Assembly: GCA_024639145.1 (NCBI GenBank)
Contig: JAHEIZ010000015.1
Coordinates: 26,565-90,564 of the forward strand
Direction: 5' to 3'
Origin: Actinomycetes bacterium
Lineage (GTDB): Bacteria > Actinomycetota > Actinomycetes > S36-B12
Length of the DNA: 64,000 bases
This document shows, in pieces, positions 46,975 to 57,166 of the stretch. Position 1 is the stretch's first letter. The number at the start of each line of letters is the position of its first letter. The notes under the pieces are model-generated. The model made no database searches. It had not been told where the DNA came from and saw nothing but the letters and a program-made list of their open reading frames with translations. Made by a program: the position numbers and the translations under genes.

Positions 46975-48597
46975 CTAGTCGGTAGCTGCTGCAGTCCCTG
47001 CGTAGCGTCCGAACACCATGATCGGCCCGAGCGTTCCGCCTGCCCCGCCATACGCCATGGCTGTCGGGGCTGCAGCAACGTTGCCTGCTGCGTAGAGCCC
47101 GGGGATCACTGCACCGGTGGTGTCGAGCACTCGACCGCGCGTGTCGGTGCGCGGGCCTCCGCTGGTGCCGAGAGTGCCGGAGTGCACGCGCACGGCGTAG
47201 AACGGCGCCTCGTCGATTGGGCCGAGGGTGGATTCGACGGTGAAGCGATAGTTTCCGTCTCCGCTCCAGCGGTCGTAAGCACTCTTCCCGCGGCCGAAGT
47301 CCTTGTCGTCCCCGCGCGCGACAAAACCGTTCCACCGATCGATGGTGTGCTCGAGCTCGTCGGGGTCGACATCGATCTTCTCGGCGAGTGCACGAGCGGA
47401 TGGCGCGCGCGTGATCCAGTCGGCGATCGGTTGACCCGGGGGAGTGCCGAAGGAGCCGTAGGTGCGGGCGTTGCGGCCGTCGAAGATGAGCCAGCACGGC
47501 AGGTTGACGTAGGAGAAGTCAGTGGAATCGAGTTGATGGAAGGCACCACCGAGCGCGTTGTAGTTGCTGGCCTCGTTGGTGAAGCGCTTGCCCTTGCCGT
47601 TGACGAATATTGAGCCGGGCAGGGTGCGCTCACGGTTGACGAGATTGGCGCGCTGCTGGCCGAAAGCGACATCGCCTGGGATCTCGACAGTTGGCACCCA
47701 CCACGCCTGCGCCATGTTGCCGAGGCTTGCGCCAGCCCGCATTGCCATCAGCAGGCCATCGCCGGTGTTGGTCGGAACGCCGGCCGGAGAGGTCATCGGG
47801 CCACGCAGGAACGAGCGCACGAGGTCGGGGTTCCATTCGAAGCCACCGGTGGCGAGCACGACACCCTTTCGTGCGCGAACAGTCTGCTCGACCCCATCAA
47901 CACTCACACGAACGCCGGAGACACGTCCGTCTTCGATGAGAAGGTCCGTCGCCTGCGCATTGACGTTGAGGTTCACGCCGAGATCGAGGAGCGCCTTGAT
48001 GATCGGACCGACAAGACCGGCGCCGCAACCGCGCAGGTCGTTCTCCTCGCGATGCTTCTGTGTCTCGGGGTCGAGGAAACCGGTGCCGCCGCCGAGTGTC
48101 GTATCCGTGATCTTGAGGTGAGCGCTGCGGCGACTCTTTGCGACCTTCGTCTTCCATTCACCGAGCTTGTCGTAGCTGAAGAGACCCGGGTCGAGCGAGC
48201 GACCGCCGTGCGGCTTTCCGCCGGGATGCTCAGGGTGGTAGTCGGGGTACATCGGGATGATCGAGAACTCGAGATCGGTGGAGTCCTCGAGCCACTTCAC
48301 GGTGTCGCGCGAACCATCGATGAAGGCCTCGGCCATGGCCGGATCCATGCGATCAAGGGAGAGTGCCTTGAGATAGGTGAGTGCCTCGTCGCGAGAGTCC
48401 TCGATGCCGAGTTCGTCCTGATGGTGATTGAGGGGCATCCACGGCACACCACCGGAGATCGCGGTGGAGCCGCCGAGGAGGTCGGCCTTCTCGTACAGGG
48501 CGACACGTGCGCCGCTCTGGGCCGCCGCGAGGGCAGCGGTCAGACCACCGGCGCCGCTGCCGAGAACGATGACGTCAACGTCGTTACTGGATGCCAT
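46975..48597 (-). CDS. FAD-binding dehydrogenase (3-ketosteroid dehydrogenase-like)
   Basis: DVIVLGSGAGGLTAALAA...GGSTAISGG and C-terminal IPGLYAAGNVA. 540 aa. Confidence 0.85.
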   Translation of the reverse strand: MASSNDVDVIVLGSGAGGLTAALAAAQSGARVALYEKADLLGGSTAISGGVPWMPLNHHQDELGIEDSRDEALTYLKALSLDRMDPAMAEAFIDGSRDTVKWLEDSTDLEFSIIPMYPDYHPEHPGGKPHGGRSLDPGLFSYDKLGEWKTKVAKSRRSAHLKITDTTLGGGTGFLDPETQKHREENDLRGCGAGLVGPIIKALLDLGVNLNVNAQATDLLIEDGRVSGVRVSVDGVEQTVRARKGVVLATGGFEWNPDLVRSFLRGPMTSPAGVPTNTGDGLLMAMRAGASLGNMAQAWWVPTVEIPGDVAFGQQRANLVNRERTLPGSIFVNGKGKRFTNEASNYNALGGAFHQLDSTDFSYVNLPCWLIFDGRNARTYGSFGTPPGQPIADWITRAPSARALAEKIDVDPDELEHTIDRWNGFVARGDDKDFGRGKSAYDRWSGDGNYRFTVESTLGPIDEAPFYAVRVHSGTLGTSGGPRTDTRGRVLDTTGAVIPGLYAAGNVAAAPTAMAYGGAGGTLGPIMVFGRYAGTAAATD

Positions 48598-48649
48598 GTC
48601 AAGAATCTAGCGGGAAGGCGGGATGGATGCGCACCTTTAGACTCAACGC

Positions 48650-49984
48650 ATGAGCCAGTCCTATGAGAGCCTGATCACCGACCTGATGGGCCGCTGGCCC
48701 GAGAGCCGGATCGAGCCCAGTCTGGTTCGCATCGCCTCGGTAGTTGAGCTGCTCGGCGACCCGCAGCGCGCATACCCCGTCATTCACGTGACCGGCACGA
48801 ATGGCAAGACCTCCACTGCCCGAATGATCGAGTCCCTGCTGCGCGCGATGGGCCTGCGGACCGGCCTCTATACCTCTCCTCACCTGATCGACCCCCGTGA
48901 GCGCATCATCTTCGACGGCGAGCCGATCTCCATTGAGCGCTTCACGCGCACCTGGGAGGACATCGCTCCTTACGTCGAGTTGGTTGACAAGAAGTCGGTG
49001 GCTGACGGTGGCATCCCGCTCTCGTTCTTCGAGGTCATGACCGCAATGGCCTTCGCAGCTTTCGCGGATGCACCCGTTGATGTCGCGATCATTGAGGTCG
49101 GCATGGGCGGCACCTGGGATGCCACGAACGTTGCCGACGGCTTAGTCAATGTCGTCACCCCGATCGGGCTCGATCATCACGAGTATCTCGGTGACTCGAT
49201 CATCGAGATCGCCAGCGAGAAGGCGGGAATCATCACCGAGGGTTCCGTCGCGATTCTCGCCGCGCAGGATGTCGAGGCCGCCGAGATCCTGATCGAGCGC
49301 TGCGCCGAGGTCGAGGCGATCATCGCCCGCCAGGGTGTCGAATTTGGAGTGATTGAGCGCGGTGTCGCTGTTGGCGGGCAACTGCTTGCCTTGCAAGGCC
49401 TGCACGGTAGGTATGACGACGTCTTTCTTCCACTCTTCGGCGAGCACCAGGCTCACAACGCTGCTGTTGCGCTCGCAGCAACTGAGGCGTTCATCGGAAA
49501 CAGCGAACTCGACGCCGAGATCGTGCGCGAGGGATTCGGCACCGGCACGTCACCTGGTCGACTCGAGGTTTTGCGTCGCAATCCGACGATCATCGTCGAT
49601 GCGGCGCATAACCCGCACGGCGCCAAGGCGCTTGCCGGAGCTGTCGATGACTCCTTCGAGTTCTCTCGCCTGATCGGCGTGATTGGCATGCTTGAGGAGA
49701 AGGACGCGACCGGCATCCTGACCGCCCTCGAGCCCGTTCTGGATCAGGTGGTCATAACCTCGCCGCGATCACCGCGTGCACTCGGTGCTGAGGATCTTGC
49801 TGATCTTGCAATCGAAATCTTCGGCGAGGAACGCGTGCGCTGTGAAGTCTCGTTGAGTGCTGCGATCGATACAGCGATCACCGTCGCCGAGGAAGAGTCG
49901 ATGTACGGCGGCGTCGGCGTGCTGATCACTGGCTCTGTCGTGCTTGTCGGTGACGCGAAGCGAATCCTGGGAGACGCTCGATGA
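48650..49984 (+). CDS. folC: Folylpolyglutamate synthase / dihydrofolate synthase
   Basis: HVTGTNGKTSTARM P-loop, a Mur-ligase-type middle domain and DAAHNPHGA. Confidence 0.9.
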   Translation: MSQSYESLITDLMGRWPESRIEPSLVRIASVVELLGDPQRAYPVIHVTGTNGKTSTARMIESLLRAMGLRTGLYTSPHLIDPRERIIFDGEPISIERFTRTWEDIAPYVELVDKKSVADGGIPLSFFEVMTAMAFAAFADAPVDVAIIEVGMGGTWDATNVADGLVNVVTPIGLDHHEYLGDSIIEIASEKAGIITEGSVAILAAQDVEAAEILIERCAEVEAIIARQGVEFGVIERGVAVGGQLLALQGLHGRYDDVFLPLFGEHQAHNAAVALAATEAFIGNSELDAEIVREGFGTGTSPGRLEVLRRNPTIIVDAAHNPHGAKALAGAVDDSFEFSRLIGVIGMLEEKDATGILTALEPVLDQVVITSPRSPRALGAEDLADLAIEIFGEERVRCEVSLSAAIDTAITVAEEESMYGGVGVLITGSVVLVGDAKRILGDAR

Positions 49985-50322
49985 GAGTCCTGTGCAGCTC
50001 GGTACTCGGCATTGAGTCGATTGTTGTCTTCCTGTGCTTCCTCGTCGCCAGTACGAATGGCTCATTCCAGAGCCAGGCAACGGCCGTGTGGCTTGGCCTG
50101 ATTGCCATGATCGTGCTGATTGCCTCAATCGGCGTCGTCACCCGCCCGTGGGGCGCTTGGTGGGGGTCCATCCTCCAGGTGATCGTCGTGGCCCTGGGCT
50201 TTCTCGTGCCGATGATGTTCATCGTCGGTGGGATCTTCGCGGTGCTGTGGTACTTCGCGGTGCGCAACGGCAGCAGGGTTGATGCGCTTCGAAAGGCGTA
50301 CGCCGAGGCGCAGGAGAGCTAG
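49981..50322 (+). CDS. DUF4233-like small membrane protein
   Basis: 113 aa with 3-4 TM segments. It overlaps the folC stop by 4 nt, which is the usual actinobacterial position. Confidence 0.65.
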   Translation: MRVLCSSVLGIESIVVFLCFLVASTNGSFQSQATAVWLGLIAMIVLIASIGVVTRPWGAWWGSILQVIVVALGFLVPMMFIVGGIFAVLWYFAVRNGSRVDALRKAYAEAQES

Positions 50323-50415
50323 CTGCCCTCGGGCGGGACAGAGCACTGGTGCGGGCTCGGTACTCTTGACCCATTCGCCCTGGCACACGGCCGGCGCGGT
50401 ACCCCCGGGAGAAGC

Positions 50416-50826
50416 ATGTCTGAGCGCACCCTCGTCCTGATCAAGCCCGATGGCGTGGCCCGTGGCCTCGTCGGTGAAGTGCTCGGCCGTATCGAGCGCA
50501 AGGGCTACAAGGTCGTCGCCCTCGAACTGCGCACCCTGCCGGCATCGATCGCCGAGGCGCACTACGCCGAGCATGCCGAGAAGCCGTTCTTCCGCTCGCT
50601 CGTCGACTTCATCACCGGTGGGCCGCTCGTGGCCGCGGTCATCGAAGGCCCCGACGCGATCTTGTCCTGGCGCTCGATGATGGGTGCCACCAATCCCGCG
50701 AACGCAGCCCCGGGCACCATCCGCGGCGATCTCGCCACCGAGACCCAGTTCAACGTGACCCACGGCTCCGACTCACCCGAGTCGTCAGCACGCGAGATCG
50801 CGCTGTTCTTCCCGGGTCTGGCGTAG
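50416..50826 (+). CDS. ndk: Nucleoside diphosphate kinase
   Basis: [20 protein letters not shown] (catalytic His) and GTIRGD. Confidence 0.95.
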   Translation: MSERTLVLIKPDGVARGLVGEVLGRIERKGYKVVALELRTLPASIAEAHYAEHAEKPFFRSLVDFITGGPLVAAVIEGPDAILSWRSMMGATNPANAAPGTIRGDLATETQFNVTHGSDSPESSAREIALFFPGLA

Positions 50827-50828
50827 CC

Positions 50829-52232
50829 ATGAAGCCGGCCGCGCTCGGAGTCATCGCCGGTGTTGCTGCCGGCGCAGCTGTCGGCGCCGCTTCACGCGGG
50901 CCGAGCCTGGTCGAATGGCCGTCCAAGATCCGCACGGCCTTCCCCTTTGTCACCGGCGGTATTGCCGGTGCATCGGTAGGCATCAAGGTCGGCACCTTCG
51001 CCTCATTCGTGCAGGCGGCCCGCGGACGCGGCAAGGGACCTGTGTCCACGGTGGCACCGGTTGTTATCGGAGCGGGACTCGCGACAGCAGCGGCAATTGG
51101 CGGCACCATCGCCAAGGAGAAGGTTCTCGGCGGCCTTGTGCAGCAAAGCCGTGACCTCGATCCTTACTTCGCCGCCTCGTCGGGCAACCCGCTCACTTCA
51201 GGTTCACCGGCCTCGCTAGTCACCATGGCTGAGCTCGGCCGCGAGGGTGCTCGTTTCGTGGGCTGCATCAGCACGCCCGAAGACATCGAGGCCGTAACCG
51301 GCAAGAAGCCGATCGCCGAGCCGGTGCGCGTCTTCGTCGGTCTCGATGCGGCCGACACGGTCGAGCAGCGCGTGGGCCTGGCGATGGCCGAACTGCGTCG
51401 CACCGGTGCTTTTGATCGCGCGAACCTGATCATCCAGGCCCCTGCGGGCACGGGCTTTGCGAACACGACACCTATTGATGTCACCGAGATGCTCACCCTG
51501 GGTGATTGCGCATCGGTTGCTATCGGATACGGCCTTCTTCCCTCATTCCTGTCTCTTGGCAAGGTCGGCCTCGGGGCGCAGACCCAGCGCCTGCTGCTCG
51601 ATGCGATTCGCGAGGAGCTCGTCGGTCGTGCGAAGCGCCCGCGCATCCTGCTCTACGGCGAAAGCCTCGGAGCACGCGTGCAGGAAGCCGCAGTCTCCGC
51701 CGGCCCGCTCGACCTCGACCATTACTTCGTCGATGCGGCGCTGTGGGTCGGTACGCCAGGTGGCCAGAAGTCCGACGAGTTCCATGCGCTCTGCGCGGCA
51801 GAGTCGGTCACGGTCGATCGTCCCGAGCTCATTGCCAGCGTGATGCGCACTCCGTACCCGCGCGTGTGGTTTCTCGAGCATGACGGCGACCCCGTCGTGC
51901 GCAATCGACCCAACCTGCTGGCCGACCGCCCCTTCTGGCTCTCGGTCGACGGCACCCGCGGACGCAATGTGCCCGAGGAGATGACCTGGAAGCCAGGCAT
52001 TACGTGGGCGACAGTTCTCGTCGACACCCTGTTCGCCACCAACGTGAAGCCGGGTGATTTCCAGAGCAAGGGTCATGACTACCGCGCTGATCTCGGGGGA
52101 GTTGTCACCGCCGCCTATGCACTGCCGGCCGACGAGGCCACGGCTACCCGCCTCGAAGCGCACCTGCGCCAGCTTGAGGTAGAGCGTGCTCAGCGCATCG
52201 ATATGACTGAAGATCAGGTCAAATCAGCATAA
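50829..52232 (+). CDS. Membrane-anchored alpha/beta-hydrolase family protein (Abhydrolase_9-like)
   Basis: N-terminal TM helices followed by a hydrolase-like domain with LYGESLGA (GxSxG). The family assignment is from memory. Confidence 0.6.
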   Translation: MKPAALGVIAGVAAGAAVGAASRGPSLVEWPSKIRTAFPFVTGGIAGASVGIKVGTFASFVQAARGRGKGPVSTVAPVVIGAGLATAAAIGGTIAKEKVLGGLVQQSRDLDPYFAASSGNPLTSGSPASLVTMAELGREGARFVGCISTPEDIEAVTGKKPIAEPVRVFVGLDAADTVEQRVGLAMAELRRTGAFDRANLIIQAPAGTGFANTTPIDVTEMLTLGDCASVAIGYGLLPSFLSLGKVGLGAQTQRLLLDAIREELVGRAKRPRILLYGESLGARVQEAAVSAGPLDLDHYFVDAALWVGTPGGQKSDEFHALCAAESVTVDRPELIASVMRTPYPRVWFLEHDGDPVVRNRPNLLADRPFWLSVDGTRGRNVPEEMTWKPGITWATVLVDTLFATNVKPGDFQSKGHDYRADLGGVVTAAYALPADEATATRLEAHLRQLEVERAQRIDMTEDQVKSA

Positions 52233-52305
52233 ATCGGACTTAAGTCTGGGCTCGCGTAAGATGAGCCACCCGCACGTGCACCTCGACCGGAAGGCCACTT
52301 CCCCT

Positions 52306-53337
52306 ATGGCTGGTTCGTCATCCTTCGTCGGCCGCGACATGGCCGTCGACCTCGGCACTGCCAACACGCTCGTGTATGTGCGTGGTCGTGGCATCGTGCT
52401 GAACGAGCCGTCGGTCGTCGCGATCAACAACAACACCGGCGGAATTCTCGCGGTGGGCTCCGAGGCCAAGCGAATGATCGGCCGCACGCCGGGCAACATC
52501 GTCGCCATCCGCCCGCTGAAGGACGGCGTCATCGCCGACTTCGACACGACCGAGCGCATGCTGCGCTACTTCATCCAGAAGGTGCACTCGCGCCGTCATC
52601 TGGCCAAGCCTCGCCTGATCGTCTGCGTTCCGTCCGGCATCACCGGTGTCGAACAGCGCGCGGTCAAGGATGCCGGCTATGCCGCAGGCGCACGCAAGGT
52701 GTTCATCATCGAAGAGCCGATGGCTGCCGCGATCGGTGCAAACCTGCCGGTGCATGAGCCCACGGGCAACATGGTCGTCGACATCGGTGGCGGCACCTCC
52801 GAGGTCGCCGTCATCTCGCTCGGCGGCATTGTCACGAGCCTCTCGGTGCGCGTCGGCGGCGATGAGCTCGACAACGCGATCATCCAGTACGTGAAGAAGG
52901 AGTACTCGCTCATGCTGGGCGAGCGCACCGCCGAAGAGATCAAGATGGCCATCGGCTCCGCCTTCCCGCTACCTGAGGAGAACAACGCCGAGATCCGCGG
53001 CCGCGACCTCATTACCGGCCTGCCGCGCACCGTCGTCATCACCGCCGAGGAGATCCGACGCGCCATCGACGAGCCTGTCAATGCCATCGTCGCTGCCGTC
53101 AAGGCCACCCTCGACCGCACCCCGCCCGAGCTCTCCGGCGACATCATGGACCGCGGCATCGTGCTCACCGGCGGCGGCGCACTGCTGCGCGGCCTCGACG
53201 AGCGCCTTCGCCATGAGACCGGCATGCCGATCCTCATCGCTGATCGTCCGCTCGACTGCGTAGCCCTCGGTTCGGGCAAGTGCGTCGAGGAATTCGAGGC
53301 CCTGCAGCAGGTGTTGGTCTCCGAGCCGAGACGCTAA
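52306..53337 (+). CDS. mreB: Rod shape-determining protein MreB
   Basis: [46 protein letters not shown] and [15 protein letters not shown]. The start was chosen at MAGSSSF; the ORF is also open from 52261. Confidence 0.95.
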   Translation: MAGSSSFVGRDMAVDLGTANTLVYVRGRGIVLNEPSVVAINNNTGGILAVGSEAKRMIGRTPGNIVAIRPLKDGVIADFDTTERMLRYFIQKVHSRRHLAKPRLIVCVPSGITGVEQRAVKDAGYAAGARKVFIIEEPMAAAIGANLPVHEPTGNMVVDIGGGTSEVAVISLGGIVTSLSVRVGGDELDNAIIQYVKKEYSLMLGERTAEEIKMAIGSAFPLPEENNAEIRGRDLITGLPRTVVITAEEIRRAIDEPVNAIVAAVKATLDRTPPELSGDIMDRGIVLTGGGALLRGLDERLRHETGMPILIADRPLDCVALGSGKCVEEFEALQQVLVSEPRR

Positions 53338-53340
53338 CGC

Positions 53341-54312
53341 ATGTTCCCGCGTCGCCTGCGCGTCGTCGTTGCGGTGCTGCTCGGCGTTGCCCTCACCTTC
53401 GTCATCCTTGATCTTCGAGGCGGGCAGGGTCCGTTCACCTCCGCGCGCAATGTTGCGTCATCGATTCTCGGCGGCATCGAGCGTGGTGCAGCCACGGTCT
53501 TCTCCCCGATCACGGGCTTTGCCGATTTCTGGACCAACACGCGCGATCAGAAGGCGCGTCTCGACGAGCTCGAGAAGTCCAACGCCGAACTCCAGTCGGA
53601 GGTCAAGCGTGCCGCTGACGATCGTGCTCGTGCATCTGCGCTCGACGGCATGCTCAAGGTCGCCGGCCTTGGTCGATACCGCGTAGTGCCGGCTGAGGTC
53701 ATCGCAGTCGGTCCCGCGCAGGATTTCACCTGGACAGTCACCATCGATGCCGGAAGTGACGATGGTGTACAGATCGACATGACCGTGCTCAATTACCAAG
53801 GTCTCGTCGGTCGGGTCAGCAATGTCGAGAAGCGCACGTCGACAGTCGTGCTGATCGTCGATCCGTCAGTTTCTGTTGGCGCTCGTGTCGCCGGCTCGCA
53901 GGAGATCGGCATCTTGTCAGGCACCGGCAAGCAAGATGCACTGCAGTACCAATTACTCGATCCGTTGGCCACGCTCGACAAAGGTGCCGCACTCGTCACC
54001 TTCGGCTCGAAGGACGGCCGGCCGTACGTGCCCGGCGTCCCGATCGGCGAGGTTCTGAATGTCGCGGGTACCGCCGGGCAGCTCAGCCGTGTCGCGACCG
54101 TGCGCCCGTTCGCTGATATCTCGACATTGAGCATCGTGGGCGTCGTCGTTCGCCCGCCGCGCACTGATCCGCGTGATTCCGTGCTTCCGGCCGTGCCTGA
54201 TGCGCCGGTGACCACGGCGCTGCCGAGTCCGTCGCCCAGCCCTGCGGAGTCGGGCGCGCAACTGAGCGTTCCGAGCGAGATCCCTGCCACTGAGGTCGCT
54301 CCGTCGCCATGA
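53341..54312 (+). CDS. mreC: Rod shape-determining protein MreC
   Basis: It has an N-terminal TM segment, a coiled-coil (LDELEKSNAELQSEVKR) and a beta-barrel domain (GLVGRVSNVEKRTSTVVLI), and sits directly after mreB. Confidence 0.85.
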   Translation: MFPRRLRVVVAVLLGVALTFVILDLRGGQGPFTSARNVASSILGGIERGAATVFSPITGFADFWTNTRDQKARLDELEKSNAELQSEVKRAADDRARASALDGMLKVAGLGRYRVVPAEVIAVGPAQDFTWTVTIDAGSDDGVQIDMTVLNYQGLVGRVSNVEKRTSTVVLIVDPSVSVGARVAGSQEIGILSGTGKQDALQYQLLDPLATLDKGAALVTFGSKDGRPYVPGVPIGEVLNVAGTAGQLSRVATVRPFADISTLSIVGVVVRPPRTDPRDSVLPAVPDAPVTTALPSPSPSPAESGAQLSVPSEIPATEVAPSP

Positions 54313-54343
54313 TCACGGTCGCAGCCGCCAGGGCGGCGCTCGG

Positions 54344-54862
54344 ATGAACATCAAGGCACGCCAGGCCATGATCATCGCCTCGGCGATCTTCATCGCCGTG
54401 ATCCTCGAACTCACTTTGCTCAGCCGACTCGGGCTCCCGGGTGCGACACCTGATCTCGTCGTCGTGACCATCGTTGCCCTGGCACTCGCCTACGGCCCGC
54501 TGCCCGGTGCGATCGCGGGCTTCTCGGCCGGCATCCTCCTAGGGCTTGCGCCGCCCTTCGACGGAATCCTCGGCCTCGAGGCGATCATCTTCACGATCGT
54601 GGGCCTGGTGACCGGCGCCGTCGTCGATCCTCGAGATCGCTCGGTTCCGGTGATCATGGGCATGGTGGGCCTCAGTACCGGCGGGGTCGTGCTCCTCAAT
54701 GCCCTCGTCCTCGCCGTGCTCAGCGGCGACCGCGTCGTGTGGGAGAACATCCCGGGCCTTGCCCTGACCTCGGCCCTCTACGGACTGATCCTGGCTCCTC
54801 TCGTGGTGCCGGGAATCGGGCGAATCGTGCGATCCCTCACTCCTGAGGTCGCCGTCGTTTGA
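54344..54862 (+). CDS. mreD: Rod shape-determining protein MreD
   Basis: 172-aa polytopic membrane protein in the canonical position after mreC. Confidence 0.7.
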   Translation: MNIKARQAMIIASAIFIAVILELTLLSRLGLPGATPDLVVVTIVALALAYGPLPGAIAGFSAGILLGLAPPFDGILGLEAIIFTIVGLVTGAVVDPRDRSVPVIMGMVGLSTGGVVLLNALVLAVLSGDRVVWENIPGLALTSALYGLILAPLVVPGIGRIVRSLTPEVAVV

Positions 54863-55024
54863 TTTCACGGGGGAACTGACCTGATTCGAACGTGAATTCC
54901 GCCCCCGAATTCGGCTGAAACCCGAAGTCCGTCGTACCGTCGTAGCAGGAATGGTCAGCCCCGGGTGGGGCTCGACCCTCAGCAAAGCAGTCCGGCCCCG
55001 GCCGGCGACAGGGGCAGGAGGCAG

Positions 55025-57166
55025 ATGAACGCGCGTTCGAACCTGCGCCTGCTCGTCCTTGGCGTGCTGGTGGCCTCGCTCCTGGGTACCTTGATGGCCC
55101 GGCTCTTCTACCTGCAAGTCGTCTCCGGCGCTGAATATCGCTCTGCCGCCGAGAACAACACCGTTCGCGAGATCGTGAATCCGGCCGTGCGTGGTCTCAT
55201 CCTCGACCAGGCCGGTCGACCTCTGGTGTCCAATCGCACCTCACTTGTCGTGACCGTCGATCGTGCCGTGCTCGGCCGCCAGCCCAACGACGGCGCCGAT
55301 GTCGTTGCTCGCCTGGCGAAGGTGCTTCAGGTGCCCGCAACCGACATCACTGACCGCCTCAAGCCGTGCGGCACTGAGGGGGCGAAGCCGCCGCCCGTGT
55401 GCTGGAACGGTTCGACCTATCAGCCCGTACCGGTCGCCAGCGATGTCTCGACCGACACCGCCCTGGGCATCATGGAAAAGCGCACGGAGTTCCCGGGCAT
55501 CACGGCGCAGTTGCAGGCCGTGCGCACCTATCCCGAGCCCTTCGGAGTCAATGCGGCGCACATCCTCGGCTACCTCGGTCCGGTGACCGAGGAGCAGCTG
55601 ACAGCACAGGGGGATGCTCAGAACTTCGATCGGCTTCGCCGAACCGATGTCGTCGGTCGCTCCGGGCTTGAGTCGGAATACGACTCCTATCTGCGCGGTC
55701 AGCCTGCGGTGACGACCCTGGCCGTCGACACCGGCGGTCGCGTGACCGGCACGCTTGATGAGAAGGCGGCGAAGGCCGGCGACTACATCGTCACCAGCAT
55801 CGATGCGAAACTGCAGTCGGTAGTCGAGAAGCAGCTCGTGGCGGCGATCCAGCGCGCCCAGGCACAGGGATACCCCGGTGACTCAGGAGCAGCAGTCGTG
55901 GTCGAGGTCGACACTGGTCGCATCCTCGCGATGGCGAGCTATCCGACCTATGACCCGTCGATCTGGGTTGGCGGCGTGACCAAGGCGCAGTTCAAGGACT
56001 TGATGAAGAGCAACTCGCTGTCCTCGAATGCGATCCAGGGCCTGTTCGCGCCCGGCTCCACCTACAAGGTGATCAGCACGGCGGCAGCGGGCAAGGAAGG
56101 CTTCTCCCTCTACTCGAAGTATCCGTGCCCGAACCAGGTGAAGATCGGCACGCAGACCTTCCGCAACTTCGAGTCGCATGCCTATGGCAGCATCCCGCTC
56201 TCGCGAGCACTCGAGGTCTCGTGCAACACCGTGTTCTATGGCATCGCCGATCGCATGTGGGAGAAAGCTGGCGGCACTGATGCCACCAAGGACTCACCGG
56301 ACCCCATCGCGGAGACGGCGAAGCAGTTCGGGCTCGGTTCGAAGACCGGCATTGACCTCCCCAATGAATCCTCGGGCCGCGTTTCCAGCCGACTGTTCAA
56401 GCTCGCGAACTGGGAAGACCTGCGCGAGCAGTGGTGCGCGAATGCAGTCGCGGGTTACCCCGAGACGCGCAAGACGAATCCGAAGCTCGCCGACTACTAC
56501 ACGGCACTCGACAAGGAGAACTGCGCAGACGGCTTCCGCTGGCGCGAGGGCGATGCGCTCAATGCCGCCATCGGACAGGGAGATACAGCCGTGACGCCGT
56601 TGCAAATGGCGATGGTCTACGCCGCCGTGGCCAATGGTGGCACCGTCTACAAGCCGACAATTGCGAAGGCGATCGTCGGCGCCGACGGCAAGGTCGTGAA
56701 GGAGTTCGAGCCGCAGGTCAAGGCCAAGGTGAAAGTTCCCCGCGCAACCATCGACTTCCTGCACAAGGCACTTCCGGGCGTCACGACGAGTGGCTCCGGT
56801 GAGACACCGTTCCTCGGCTTCCCACTCGGCAAGATCCCGGTCGCCTCGAAGACCGGCTCCGCGCAGGTGACCGGCTCGAAAGTCTCGACTTCGTGGTTCG
56901 CCTCCTACGCACCCGCGAACAAGCCGAAGTACGCCGTGGTCATGATGGTCACGCAGGGCGGCACCGGCTCGAAGACCTCGGGCCCCAGTGTGCGCAAGAT
57001 CTACGAGGCCCTGTTCGGCGTGAACGGCACAACCGTGAACCCGTCGAAGAGTGTGCTCATCGGTGATGCGCCGATGAAGGACCTCCCGACGATTCGCCCT
57101 GACGGCACTCCGGTCGCCCCCAAGGGCCGCAAGTCCGGGGTCGATTCAGCGGGGAGCAGCGGATGA
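55025..57166 (+). CDS. mrdA: Penicillin-binding protein 2 (elongasome transpeptidase)
   Basis: ATG 55025 follows AGGAGG. The dimerisation domain contains RGLILDQAGRPLV. The transpeptidase motifs are STYK (SxxK), SCN (SxN) and KTGS (KTG). Confidence 0.9.
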   Translation: MNARSNLRLLVLGVLVASLLGTLMARLFYLQVVSGAEYRSAAENNTVREIVNPAVRGLILDQAGRPLVSNRTSLVVTVDRAVLGRQPNDGADVVARLAKVLQVPATDITDRLKPCGTEGAKPPPVCWNGSTYQPVPVASDVSTDTALGIMEKRTEFPGITAQLQAVRTYPEPFGVNAAHILGYLGPVTEEQLTAQGDAQNFDRLRRTDVVGRSGLESEYDSYLRGQPAVTTLAVDTGGRVTGTLDEKAAKAGDYIVTSIDAKLQSVVEKQLVAAIQRAQAQGYPGDSGAAVVVEVDTGRILAMASYPTYDPSIWVGGVTKAQFKDLMKSNSLSSNAIQGLFAPGSTYKVISTAAAGKEGFSLYSKYPCPNQVKIGTQTFRNFESHAYGSIPLSRALEVSCNTVFYGIADRMWEKAGGTDATKDSPDPIAETAKQFGLGSKTGIDLPNESSGRVSSRLFKLANWEDLREQWCANAVAGYPETRKTNPKLADYYTALDKENCADGFRWREGDALNAAIGQGDTAVTPLQMAMVYAAVANGGTVYKPTIAKAIVGADGKVVKEFEPQVKAKVKVPRATIDFLHKALPGVTTSGSGETPFLGFPLGKIPVASKTGSAQVTGSKVSTSWFASYAPANKPKYAVVMMVTQGGTGSKTSGPSVRKIYEALFGVNGTTVNPSKSVLIGDAPMKDLPTIRPDGTPVAPKGRKSGVDSAGSSG

